Assembly: GCA_963726005.1 (NCBI GenBank)
Contig: CAVSAT010000004.1
Location: forward strand, 804,956-868,955
Source of the DNA: an uncultured Acidimicrobiaceae bacterium
GTDB taxonomy: Bacteria; Actinomycetota; Acidimicrobiia; Acidimicrobiales; RAAP-2
Length of the DNA: 64,000 nt
Reading direction: 5' to 3'
Within the stretch, counting starts at the first letter, position 1, and every line of letters begins with the position of its first letter. Of the stretch, positions 31,659 to 40,581 are shown piece by piece. The translations under genes and the position numbers were made by a program. The notes beneath the pieces were generated by a model. The model did no database searches and had not been told where the DNA came from. It saw only the letters and a list, made by a program, of their open reading frames with translations.

Positions 31659-33257
31659 GTGATCGTCGGATCAGCCCTCACCATCGAAATCGGCGACCGG
31701 ACCCTGGTCACCGACGCCTCGTTCGTCGTCGGTGCGGGAGAGAAGGTCGGCCTCGTCGGCCGGAACGGCACCGGGAAGTCCTCCTTCATCTCGGTGCTGG
31801 TGGGGCAGCCCGCGTCGCAGCTGCGCCATCGGGGCAACGTCCGGCTGCTGGGGTCGTTCGGGTACCTGCCGCAGGCACCGGTCCCCGGTGGCCTCGGCCT
31901 CGAGCCGACCGGGTTCTCCCACGTCCTCTCGGTGCGCGGCCTCGACGTCCTCGACGACGCGCTCGGGTCGGCCCGCACGGCGATGGCCGACGACCCCTCC
32001 GAGGAGAACATCGAGCTCTTCACCGACCTCCAGGAGCAGTTCCAGTCGAACGGTGGCTACGAGGCCGAGTCGGTGATGGCCCGTCTGGCCGATGGGCTCG
32101 GACTCCGCCAGGAGCTGCTCCTCGAGCCCATCGACGAGCTCTCGGGCGGCCAGCGCCGTCGTGTCGACCTCATGCGGGTCCTCTTCCAGGAGCCGGAGCT
32201 CATGATCCTCGACGAGCCGACCAATCACCTGGACCGCTCGGCCAAGCGCTGGCTGCTCGACGAATTGGCTCGGTTCCCCGGCGCCCTCCTCGTGGTCAGC
32301 CACGACCTCAAACTGCTCGACCGGTCCATCAGCAAGGTGCTGCACATCTCGAACCAGCGCCTGACCGAGTGGAAGGGCAACTACACGAAATTCCAGGCCC
32401 TCCACGAGGCCGACCAGTCCCAGCGCGAACGCGCCGCGGAGTTGGAGCAGCGCGAGATTGCACGCCTCACGACGCTGGCCGACTCCATGCGGGCCAGCAC
32501 CGAGAAGCGGGCCCGCAAGGCCAAGGCCCTCGACAAGCGGGTCGAGCGGATGGAGACGGAGCGGACCCACGTTGACAAGCGGGAGCGAGCGAGCAAGTTC
32601 AAGCTTCCGGTGCCGCCCCGCTCGGGGGCCATCCCTCTGGACGTGGCGAAGCTGGGGATCCGCTACGGCGCCAACGAGGTGATCTCGGACGTGACGTTCC
32701 ACGTCGGCCGAGGCGACCACGTCGTCATCATCGGCCGCAACGGTGCGGGCAAGTCCTCGCTCCTCCGCTGCCTGGCCGGCCTGCAGGCACCCACCAACGG
32801 CGTGGTCGACCAAGGGGCGAACGTCGCGGTCGGCTACTTCGCGCAGGAGCACGAGCAGATCGACCAGGCGCGTACCGCGCTGGCCAACGTGAGCGACACC
32901 GTCTTGAAGGGCGAGCGGGACCGGCGGGCGCTGCTCGGCTCCTTCGGCTTGCCGTCGAAGGCGGCTGACCAGATGCCAGCGACGCTCTCGGGTGGCGAGC
33001 GAGCCAAGCTCGGGTTGGCCATGCTCTCGGCGGGTGAGGCGAACCTGCTGCTGCTCGACGAGCCCACCAACAACCTCGACCCCTCGTCCATCGCCGCCGT
33101 CGGTGCCATGCTCGGCGGTTGGCCGGGCACCATCGTGGCCGTGAGCCACGAACGCGGCTTCGTCGAGGCGCTGCGGCCGACCTATTGCCTGCGACTCCCG
33201 GAGGAGCGCTTCACGCACTGGCGTGACGAGTACCTCGACGACGTCGAGATGCGGTAG
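31659..33257 (+). CDS. ABC-F family ATPase (two ABC domains, no TMD)
   Basis: Two Walker A motifs (GRNGTGKSS, GRNGAGKSS) and two signatures (LSGGQRRR, LSGGERAK) flank a charged linker. Confidence 0.9.
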   Translation: MIVGSALTIEIGDRTLVTDASFVVGAGEKVGLVGRNGTGKSSFISVLVGQPASQLRHRGNVRLLGSFGYLPQAPVPGGLGLEPTGFSHVLSVRGLDVLDDALGSARTAMADDPSEENIELFTDLQEQFQSNGGYEAESVMARLADGLGLRQELLLEPIDELSGGQRRRVDLMRVLFQEPELMILDEPTNHLDRSAKRWLLDELARFPGALLVVSHDLKLLDRSISKVLHISNQRLTEWKGNYTKFQALHEADQSQRERAAELEQREIARLTTLADSMRASTEKRARKAKALDKRVERMETERTHVDKRERASKFKLPVPPRSGAIPLDVAKLGIRYGANEVISDVTFHVGRGDHVVIIGRNGAGKSSLLRCLAGLQAPTNGVVDQGANVAVGYFAQEHEQIDQARTALANVSDTVLKGERDRRALLGSFGLPSKAADQMPATLSGGERAKLGLAMLSAGEANLLLLDEPTNNLDPSSIAAVGAMLGGWPGTIVAVSHERGFVEALRPTYCLRLPEERFTHWRDEYLDDVEMR

Positions 33258-33297
33258 CTCGCCCGCCGCCCCCGTGGGCCCCGGGCGGGAGTCGCGT

Positions 33298-34935
33298 CTA
33301 GTGCTTTACCCAGATCTGGGTGGGCCAGAGCACGCCCTCGTCGAAGGCGACCGCCTTCGAGCCCTGCATGGTCACCGGGTTGGCGAAGTTCTGCACCTTG
33401 GGGTTCGCCACGACCGCCCAGGTGTCGCGGGCGAACCAGATGTAGGGGATGTCCTCGGCGAGGTACTGGTTGATCTGCTGGTAGGCCTTGACCCGGTCCG
33501 CCTTGACGTTGGATGCCCGCCCGGCCACCAGCGCCGTCTGGATGCGGGGGTCGACGTTGCGCGCCATGTTCAAGGGCAGCGGCGGGCCGACGGTGTTCGT
33601 GCTCCACCAGACGTAGTTGAGGTCGGGGTCGACGGCACCGAACTGGCGCCACAGCGTGGCCTGGTAGGTGCCGGCCAGCGCGTTGTTGATCAGCGTCGAC
33701 TGGGCGATGATGTTGATGTTCACGTGCATGCCGGCCTGCTGCAGCGCCTGCTGCAGGAACTCGGCCCCCCGCAGCACGTCCGAATTGCTGGTGGAGTTCA
33801 GCGTGAACGAGACCGGCTTGCCCGTCTGCTGCTGCACCTGCTTGACGAGGTGTGCTGCGCCGGCCGGGTCGTAGGCGGGGTAGGCGGTCTTGGTGTAGTA
33901 GTCGCTCCCGGGGATGAACAGTCCCTTCATGGGAGCGTCCACGCCCTTGTCGATGACCTTGGCGAACTGGACCTGGTTGATGGCCTTGGCCATGGCCGTA
34001 CGCAGCGTGTGATTGTTGAAAGGCGCCGCCGCCGTGTTCAGCATCATGCACTGCACCGTGGGTTGGCCCACCACCTGGCCGCTGTTGTCGTAGTACGACC
34101 ACCTGCGGTCGCCCCGGAATTGCAGCAGGCCGTCGGGCGAGCTCGTGTGCATGATGTCGACCGTGCCCGTCTGGAGCGCCTGCACGCGGGCATTGGGATC
34201 GATGATCGGCTTGAAGGTGATGGAGTCCAGATAGGGGTAACCCTTGCGCCAGTAGTGGGGGTTCTTCGTGGCGGTCATGTGGGTGTTGGGCACCCAGTCT
34301 TGGAAGACGAAGGGCCCGGTGCCGACGGGGTGCGACGTCCCGCTGGAGCTGTTCAGCATGGACGGCGCCGCCATATAACCCGTCTGGGCCTGGGCCAGGT
34401 AGTAGGGGAACGGGGCCCACGAGGACTTCATGGTGATGGTGACCGCCAGCGGCCCGGTCACCGAAGCGCTTTTGAAATTGGCGAAGGCCGGTCCGGTGAG
34501 AATTGAGGTGACCTGCTTCTCGAGGTTCAGGTACAACGCGTTGGCGTCAAGCGGCGTGCCGTCGTGGAAGACGATGCCGGGGCGCAAGGTGATGGTGAAG
34601 GACGTGAAGTCCGCGTTCGACGTGATCGACTGGGCGAGGTACGGCTCCACGCCGCCGGACGCGTTGACGATGGCGATGGGGTCGAAGACCGTCCGGCCGT
34701 AGAGGAACCCGCCTTCGTCCCAGCGGGCCGTCGTGGGGTCGAAGCCACCCTCCTCGGTGTCGATGCCGAAAGTGAGCGAGCCACCCGTGACGGGCTTGGC
34801 GGTCGAGATCCCGTTCCGGCCCGGGCCGTTGGTTCCGGATGCGCCGGCAGGCTCTCCCAGCGCACCCAGGGTGGCGGCGCCGGCGCCCAACGCCAGCCCA
34901 CCCGCCAGGAACGACCGACGATCAAACTGCGTCAT
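33298..34935 (-). CDS. ABC transporter substrate-binding protein, family 5 (peptide/nickel type), Tat signal
   Basis: Has the twin-arginine motif MTQFDRRSFLAGG. At 545 aa the sequence is typical of SBP_bac_5. No permease or ATPase genes are adjacent. Confidence 0.85.
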   Translation of the reverse strand: MTQFDRRSFLAGGLALGAGAATLGALGEPAGASGTNGPGRNGISTAKPVTGGSLTFGIDTEEGGFDPTTARWDEGGFLYGRTVFDPIAIVNASGGVEPYLAQSITSNADFTSFTITLRPGIVFHDGTPLDANALYLNLEKQVTSILTGPAFANFKSASVTGPLAVTITMKSSWAPFPYYLAQAQTGYMAAPSMLNSSSGTSHPVGTGPFVFQDWVPNTHMTATKNPHYWRKGYPYLDSITFKPIIDPNARVQALQTGTVDIMHTSSPDGLLQFRGDRRWSYYDNSGQVVGQPTVQCMMLNTAAAPFNNHTLRTAMAKAINQVQFAKVIDKGVDAPMKGLFIPGSDYYTKTAYPAYDPAGAAHLVKQVQQQTGKPVSFTLNSTSNSDVLRGAEFLQQALQQAGMHVNINIIAQSTLINNALAGTYQATLWRQFGAVDPDLNYVWWSTNTVGPPLPLNMARNVDPRIQTALVAGRASNVKADRVKAYQQINQYLAEDIPYIWFARDTWAVVANPKVQNFANPVTMQGSKAVAFDEGVLWPTQIWVKH

Positions 34936-35094
34936 CGCAACCCCCCAAAGGTCCGATCCGCATGTAGTACGGCTCCGTCGCCCTGAGCGACTGCGGCAGG
35001 TTACAACTTCGTGACCGCGCGAGGGTGGCGGTCGATTGGGGGGTCCTCGGCGGGGTATGGCAACCTGGAATCACGACAACGGGAGGAGCGCGGA

Positions 35095-35577
35095 ATGACG
35101 ATCGCAGTGGGCGACGAGGTGCCCGACGTGAAGGTGTTCACCTTCGGCGACAAGGGGCCCGAGGCGACCACGTCAGCCGAGGTCCTCGGCCACGGCAAGG
35201 TCGTTCTGTTCGGGGTGCCCGGCGCCTTCACGCCGACCTGCTCCGATCACCACCTGCCGGGTTTCGTCTTGCGCGCCGACGAGCTCCGCGCCAAGGGAGT
35301 CGACAAGGTGGTGTGCGTCTCGGTCAACGACCCGTTCGTCATGGGCGCATGGGGCAAGGACCAGAACGTCGGACGTTCCGTCGTGATGCTCGCGGACGGC
35401 AACGGCGAGTTGACCGAGGCGATGGGCCTGACCATGGACGGGAGTGGGTTCGGCCTCGGCGCGCGTTCGCAGCGTTACGCCGCGATCCTCGATGACGGCA
35501 TCGTCGCCTGGATCGCCGTCGAGCCCGGCCCGGGGCTGAACGTCAGCTCGGCCGAGGAAGTGCTCGCCGCCCTGTAG
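35095..35577 (+). CDS. Peroxiredoxin (Prx5-type)
   Basis: ATG 35095 follows GGGAGGAG. The GVPGAFTPTCS peroxidatic Cys motif is present. Confidence 0.85.
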   Translation: MTIAVGDEVPDVKVFTFGDKGPEATTSAEVLGHGKVVLFGVPGAFTPTCSDHHLPGFVLRADELRAKGVDKVVCVSVNDPFVMGAWGKDQNVGRSVVMLADGNGELTEAMGLTMDGSGFGLGARSQRYAAILDDGIVAWIAVEPGPGLNVSSAEEVLAAL

Positions 35578-35687
35578 CGCACCGGCCGGACGGTCGAGAC
35601 GCGCTCTTGACGGGTACGCAAAGAAACGCGCCCACCAGGCCCGGCGGCGACACACTTGACATGCAACCGAATGGCTGCTTGAGTGGG

Positions 35688-35711
35688 TCATGCAACCGTG
35701 CGGTTGCATGA
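35688..35711. promoter_or_regulatory. Perfect 11-2-11 palindrome TCATGCAACCG-TG-CGGTTGCATGA; candidate ArsR-type operator
   Basis: Read directly from the sequence. An extra half-site CATGCAACCG lies at 35660-35669. The palindrome abuts the start region of the ArsR-SRPBCC gene. Confidence 0.55.
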
Positions 35712-36560
35712 TTGACCACCTACCAGCGGATGGCGATGAGAGAGATGGATGCGGTGTTCAGGGCGCTGGGCGAACCCGGCCGGCGCCGGCTCCTGGACAG
35801 GCTCAACGAGCGCAACGGACTCACCCTGACCGAGCTCAGCGCCGGAATGGGCGTGACGAGGCAGTCGGTGTCCAAGCACCTCGACGTCTTGGTGGCGGCC
35901 GGCCTGGTCACCACGAGGCGGAGGGGCAGGGAGAAGCTGCACTACCTGAACGCCGCCCCCATCAATGACATCGCCGAGCGCTGGATCCACCACTACGACC
36001 GGGCGCGGGCCGAGGCCCTGTCCGATCTCAAGACGGCACTGGAGGCCACCCCCATGGACCAGACGACCTTCGTCTACACCACCTACATCCACGCCACCCC
36101 GGAGCGGGTCTGGCAGGGCCTGACCGACCCTGCCTTCACCGAGCGCTACTGGCGGCACCCGAAGTCCGGAGGCGTGTCCCTCTCGTCGGACTGGAAGAAG
36201 GGCTCCACCTACGACGTCGCCTACGACCAGGTCGAGCTCGTCCTCAGCGACCCTGAGCAGGTCATCCTCGAGTCCGATCCGTACCGCCGGCTCGCGTACT
36301 CCTGGCACACGTTCACGCCCGAGTGGGCAGCGGCCCACGGGATCGACGAAGCCAGCGCCGGCGTCTGGATGACCGAGGCCCGTTCCAAGGTGGCCTTCGA
36401 CATCGAGGAGACCACTGAGGGCGTCGTGAAGCTCACCGTCGTCCACGACGGCTTCGAGCCGGGCAGTGAGGTCCTGAAGGGCATTACGAACGGATGGCCG
36501 GCTGTCATCGCCAGCCTGAAGACGCTCCTCGAGACCGGGTCGGCACTGCCCGGCGCCTGA
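35712..36560 (+). CDS. ArsR-family HTH regulator fused to an SRPBCC/AHSA1-like domain
   Basis: FRALGEPGRRRLLDRL...LTELSAGMGVTRQSVSKHLDVL forms the ArsR wHTH. The C-terminal part (RVWQGLTDPAFTERYW...) is AHSA1-like. The start is somewhere between TTG 35712 and ATG 35745. Confidence 0.85.
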   Translation: MTTYQRMAMREMDAVFRALGEPGRRRLLDRLNERNGLTLTELSAGMGVTRQSVSKHLDVLVAAGLVTTRRRGREKLHYLNAAPINDIAERWIHHYDRARAEALSDLKTALEATPMDQTTFVYTTYIHATPERVWQGLTDPAFTERYWRHPKSGGVSLSSDWKKGSTYDVAYDQVELVLSDPEQVILESDPYRRLAYSWHTFTPEWAAAHGIDEASAGVWMTEARSKVAFDIEETTEGVVKLTVVHDGFEPGSEVLKGITNGWPAVIASLKTLLETGSALPGA

Positions 36561-36638
36561 GCGGCAGGCTTCCACATCTCCGAGCCGGCCGCCCCGCCCG
36601 TCCGGGCTGGCGCCAGCCGGGGGATCGAGGCTTCCCCC

Positions 36639-36667
36639 TTGCCATGTTGCTTTGTCCGGCGTAAGAT
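36639..36667 (+). promoter_or_regulatory. Sigma-70-like promoter: TTGCCA, 17-nt spacer, TAAGAT
   Basis: Read directly from the sequence, 31 nt upstream of the PadR ATG (36698). Confidence 0.45.
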
Positions 36668-36681
36668 ACTCAGTATGCTAC
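36661..36681. promoter_or_regulatory. Imperfect palindrome GTAagATACTcAGTATgcTAC overlapping the -10; candidate PadR operator
   Basis: 17 of 21 positions are self-complementary, with the core ATACT-c-AGTAT. Read directly from the sequence. Confidence 0.4.
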
Positions 36682-36697
36682 TTCGAAAAGACCGGTC

Positions 36698-37288
36698 ATG
36701 AGCGTCCGTCACGCCCTGTTGGCCCTGCTCGCAGAGGGGCCCAAGTACGGGCTGCAGCTGCGCCAGGAATTCGAGGCGCGGACCGGCGAGGTGTGGCCGC
36801 TCAACGTCGGGCAGGTGTACACGACGCTGCAGCGGCTCGAGCGCGACGGCCTCGTCGAGTCCGACGACTCGGCCGACGAGGGACCCCAGAAGGACTTCCA
36901 CATCACCGAGGAAGGGGAGGTGGAGCTGGCGGACTGGTTGCGGACCCCGCCCGACTTCTCCTCGCCGCCGCGGGACGAGCTCGTGATCAAGGTACTGGTT
37001 GCCTTCGGGCTCCCCGGGGTGGACGTGCACGAGGTGGTGCAGGTCCACCGGCGGTATCTCGTCGAGCTCATGCAGCGGTGGACTCGGCTGAAGGAGGACG
37101 AGTCCCGGTTCGACCTGAGTTTCGCCCTGGTCGTCGACGCTGAGCTGTTCCGGCTCGACTCGTTGATCCGGTGGCTCGATATGGCGGATGGCCGTCTGAA
37201 GCGAGCGGCGGCGGATGGTGTCACTGCGCCGGCACCACAGTCGTTCCCACTCCCCAAAGCCCGGCGCAAGGCAGGAGCACGACCATGA
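36698..37288 (+). CDS. PadR-family transcriptional regulator
   Basis: HALLALLAEGPKYGLQLRQEFE...GQVYTTLQRLERDGLV matches the PadR wHTH. Confidence 0.85.
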   Translation: MSVRHALLALLAEGPKYGLQLRQEFEARTGEVWPLNVGQVYTTLQRLERDGLVESDDSADEGPQKDFHITEEGEVELADWLRTPPDFSSPPRDELVIKVLVAFGLPGVDVHEVVQVHRRYLVELMQRWTRLKEDESRFDLSFALVVDAELFRLDSLIRWLDMADGRLKRAAADGVTAPAPQSFPLPKARRKAGARP

Positions 37289-38008
37289 GCTACTTGGAGG
37301 TACGAGGCGTCTCGAAGGTGTACGGCGAAGGCGCGTCGGAGGTGCACGCGCTCTCCGACATCGAGCTCTCCGTCGACGCGGGCTCGCTCGTCGCCGTCAT
37401 GGGCGCCAGCGGGTCGGGCAAGAGCACGCTGTTGACCATCGCCGGCAGCCTCGAGGACCCCACCAGTGGTGAGGTCTACATCGGCGGGCAGCCGCTCTCC
37501 TCGCTGTCGCGCAACGGCAAGGCGCGGCTGCGCCGCCAGTCCATCGGCTACGTGTTCCAGGACTACAACCTGCTGGCCGGGCTCAGCGCGGTGGAGAACG
37601 TGTCGTTGCCGCTCGAGCTCGACGGCGTCTCGGCGCGCAAGGCCCAGGCGGCGGCGCTCGAGTCACTCGAGGACTTCGGGCTGGCCGACCGCGGCGTCGC
37701 ATTACCCCGATCAGCTGTCGGGTGGCGAGCGCCAGCGGGTCGCCATCGCGCGGGCCGTGGTCGGGGGGCGAAAGCTGCTTCTCGCGGACGAGCCTTCCGG
37801 CGCGCTCGACTCGACCAACGCTGAGGCCGTCATGCGCCTGATCCTCGCCGCCTGCCACCGCGGCCTGGCCGCCGTCGTGGTGACCCACGACGCGCAGCTC
37901 GCCTCGTGGGCCGACCGCGTGGTCTTCTTGCGCGATGGCCGCGTCGTGGATCAGACGCTCCCGCTCGAGAGCCCCGAAGCCTTCCTCGCGGAAGCGCCCC
38001 ACCGATGA
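37285..38008 (+). pseudogene. ABC transporter ATP-binding protein (MacB/LolD/FtsE-like), frame-broken near 37692
   Basis: ATG 37285 overlaps the PadR stop (ATGA). Frame 1 carries Walker A GASGSGKST and the Q-loop. Frame 2 carries HYPDQLSGGERQRVAIARA, LLLADEPSGALD and VVVTHD up to stop 38008. Confidence 0.8.
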
Positions 38009-40581
38009 GCGTCGGCGTCCTCGAACGTCCCGTCACCCAGTCGGGTCCCGAACCGACGAGCGGTGGCGTCGCCGCACGCAGAGCCATGGTCCGCTGGTCC
38101 TGGCGCCTCTTCAAGCGCGAGTGGCGCCAGCAGTTCCTGATCCTGCTCCTCATCGTCGTGGCGGTGGCCGCCGTCGTCGTCGGCTCGGCCGTCGCAGTGA
38201 ACACGCCGCCGCCGGCCAACGCCGGGTTCGGCACGGCCCACGACCTGGCCACGTTCAACCCGTCGACCTCGACGGCCACTCCGGCCAAGTCGGGGTCGCA
38301 GAGCCTGGCGAACGCGGAGGCGCACATCGCCGCGCTCCAGCAGCACTTCGGCGCGGTCCAGGTCATCGAGAACGAGACGTTCGGCGTCCCCGGTTCGAAC
38401 CACACGTACCAGCTCCGGTCGCAGGACCCACACGGCCCCTTCGCCGGGCCGATGCTGCAGTTGCTCTCGGGGCACTACCCGACCGGGCCGAACCAGATCG
38501 CGCTCACGCCCGGCGTGGCGTCCGAGCTCAACTTGCAGGTCGGTGACACGTGGTCCCAGGGCGGCAAGACCGTAGTCGGGATGGTGCAGAACCCCCAGAG
38601 CCTGCTCGACGAGTTCGCCCTGGTGACCCCGGGGCAGGTGACCAACCCGACCCAGGTGAGCGCCCTCTTCAACGCACCCCCGAGCGCGTTAACGGGCTCG
38701 CTCGCGGACAACGTCACGATGTCGGGCGCCGTCAACAACAACGTGATCGGCCCCGAGACCATCGTGCTGGCGTTGGCGACGGTCGGCATGCTGCTGATCG
38801 CCCTCGTGTCCATCGGTGGGTTCACCGTGTTGGCCCAGCGCCGGATGCGCGCCCTCGGGATGATCGAGTCCATGGGGGCGACCGACCGCAACGTCCGCCT
38901 CGTGCTGGAAGCCAACGGCGTCATCGTCGGCGTCGTGGGGGCTGTGCTGGGCTTCGCGGTGGGGCTGGTGGCCTGGTTCGCCTACCGCCCGCACAACGAG
39001 CAGAGCGCGCACCACGTCATTGCGATGTTCGCCCTGCCGTGGAACGTGATCGCGCCGGCGATGGTGCTCGCGGTCATTGCGACCTTCTTCGCCGCCAGCT
39101 ACCCCGCCCGCGCCATCACCCGCGTGCCGGTCGTCAGTGCACTGGCCGGGCGCCCGGCGGCACCGCGCCAGATCCGCCGCTCGTTTGTTCCCGGCGTGGT
39201 CGCGCTCGTCATCGGATTCCTCTTCTTCTCCCTTTCGGGCGCCAGTCACGGCGGCGGCGGCGTGAAGTGGCTGATCCCCGGGTTCGTCGCTCTGATCGTG
39301 GGGATCATCCTGGTGTCGCCGTTCTTCCTGGCCCTGCTGGCCCGGGTCGGCGGCAGGGCGCCGATCGCCGTCCGCCTTCCCTTGCGCGACATGGCGCGCT
39401 ACCGGGCCCGCTCCGGCTCCGCGCTCTCGGCCATCAGCCTCGGCGTCATGATCGCCGTGATCATCTGCGCCGTCGCGGTCGCCCGCTATTCCAGCGTCTT
39501 CGACTACGTCGGCCCGAACATGGCGGCGAACGCGATGAACGTGTACAGCCCGCCGACCGGCCCAACGTTCGGCCCGAACGGGCAAACGCAGCCGTCGGGG
39601 CCGACGCCGAGCCTGGCGTCGCAGGAGGCCACCGTCCACGCCATCGCCTCTGCGGTCGGCGCCACCGCAGTCATAGGACTTGAGAATCCCGCGGCGGGCC
39701 TGCAGAACCCAAGCGCGCAGGGCCGGCAGTGGAACGGCCCGATCTACGTGGCGACGCCGGCGCTGCTGCGGGCCTACGGCATCAACCCCTCTTCGATCCC
39801 GTCCAACGTGGACATCCTGAGCTCCCGGCCAGGGCTGGCGGGCTCGGGCGCGCAGCTGAGCTACGGCGGCGGCGGTAAAGGTGCAGGCGGCGGTTTGCAA
39901 CAGCTGGGAGCCGGCGGGAGCACCGCCAATGCGTGTCAGCCCGGCTCGTGCCTCGCCCATCCGGTGATTGAGGAGGAGAGCCAGTTGCCCACCGGCACCT
40001 CGGCGCCGAACACGCTGATCAGCGAGAGTGCGCTGCGCCGGCTGCACATCGCGGACCAGAGCGCCTTGGGGGGTTGGACCCTGCTGGCCAACGCGCCGAT
40101 CACTTCGGCGCAGATCACCAACGCCCAATCACTGGCCGCAAGCAACCAGTTGAGCATCGAGTCGAAGAACAACCAGCCCACGTCGGCCGAGATCGTGAAC
40201 TGGGCCACCGTGTTCGGCATCGCGCTCGCCCTCGGCATCCTGGCAATGAGCGTGGGCCTAATCCGGAGCGAGACGGCGAGCGAGCTGCGCATGCTGACGG
40301 CCGCCGGTGCGAGCTCGCGCACCCGGCGCAGCCTGACGGCGGTCACGGCCGGCGGCCTGGCGTTCCTCGGTGCACTGCTCGGCACGATCGCCGCGTACGT
40401 CGCCGTGGTCGGGTTCTTCCAGTCGAACCAGCTGGAGGGTGGCCTGTCCGACCTCGTCAATCACATCCCGTGGAGCAACCTGTTCCTCATCGTGATCGCC
40501 ATGCCGGTCGCCGCCACCCTCATCGGGTGGGTGCTGGCCGGACGCGAGCCCAGGGGGATTGCAACCCGTCCGATGGAGTAG
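38005..40581 (+). CDS. ABC transporter permease with two FtsX-like domains
   Basis: ATG 38005 overlaps the ATPase stop. 858 aa with TM helices clustered in two 4-helix blocks separated by large extracytoplasmic regions. Confidence 0.85.
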   Translation: MSVGVLERPVTQSGPEPTSGGVAARRAMVRWSWRLFKREWRQQFLILLLIVVAVAAVVVGSAVAVNTPPPANAGFGTAHDLATFNPSTSTATPAKSGSQSLANAEAHIAALQQHFGAVQVIENETFGVPGSNHTYQLRSQDPHGPFAGPMLQLLSGHYPTGPNQIALTPGVASELNLQVGDTWSQGGKTVVGMVQNPQSLLDEFALVTPGQVTNPTQVSALFNAPPSALTGSLADNVTMSGAVNNNVIGPETIVLALATVGMLLIALVSIGGFTVLAQRRMRALGMIESMGATDRNVRLVLEANGVIVGVVGAVLGFAVGLVAWFAYRPHNEQSAHHVIAMFALPWNVIAPAMVLAVIATFFAASYPARAITRVPVVSALAGRPAAPRQIRRSFVPGVVALVIGFLFFSLSGASHGGGGVKWLIPGFVALIVGIILVSPFFLALLARVGGRAPIAVRLPLRDMARYRARSGSALSAISLGVMIAVIICAVAVARYSSVFDYVGPNMAANAMNVYSPPTGPTFGPNGQTQPSGPTPSLASQEATVHAIASAVGATAVIGLENPAAGLQNPSAQGRQWNGPIYVATPALLRAYGINPSSIPSNVDILSSRPGLAGSGAQLSYGGGGKGAGGGLQQLGAGGSTANACQPGSCLAHPVIEEESQLPTGTSAPNTLISESALRRLHIADQSALGGWTLLANAPITSAQITNAQSLAASNQLSIESKNNQPTSAEIVNWATVFGIALALGILAMSVGLIRSETASELRMLTAAGASSRTRRSLTAVTAGGLAFLGALLGTIAAYVAVVGFFQSNQLEGGLSDLVNHIPWSNLFLIVIAMPVAATLIGWVLAGREPRGIATRPME

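Noticed and set aside
35690-35968. ORF 35690..35968, which starts inside the palindromic operator.
   Set aside because: Its translation is Arg/Ala/Pro-rich shadow sequence. It is out of frame with the clear ArsR wHTH.
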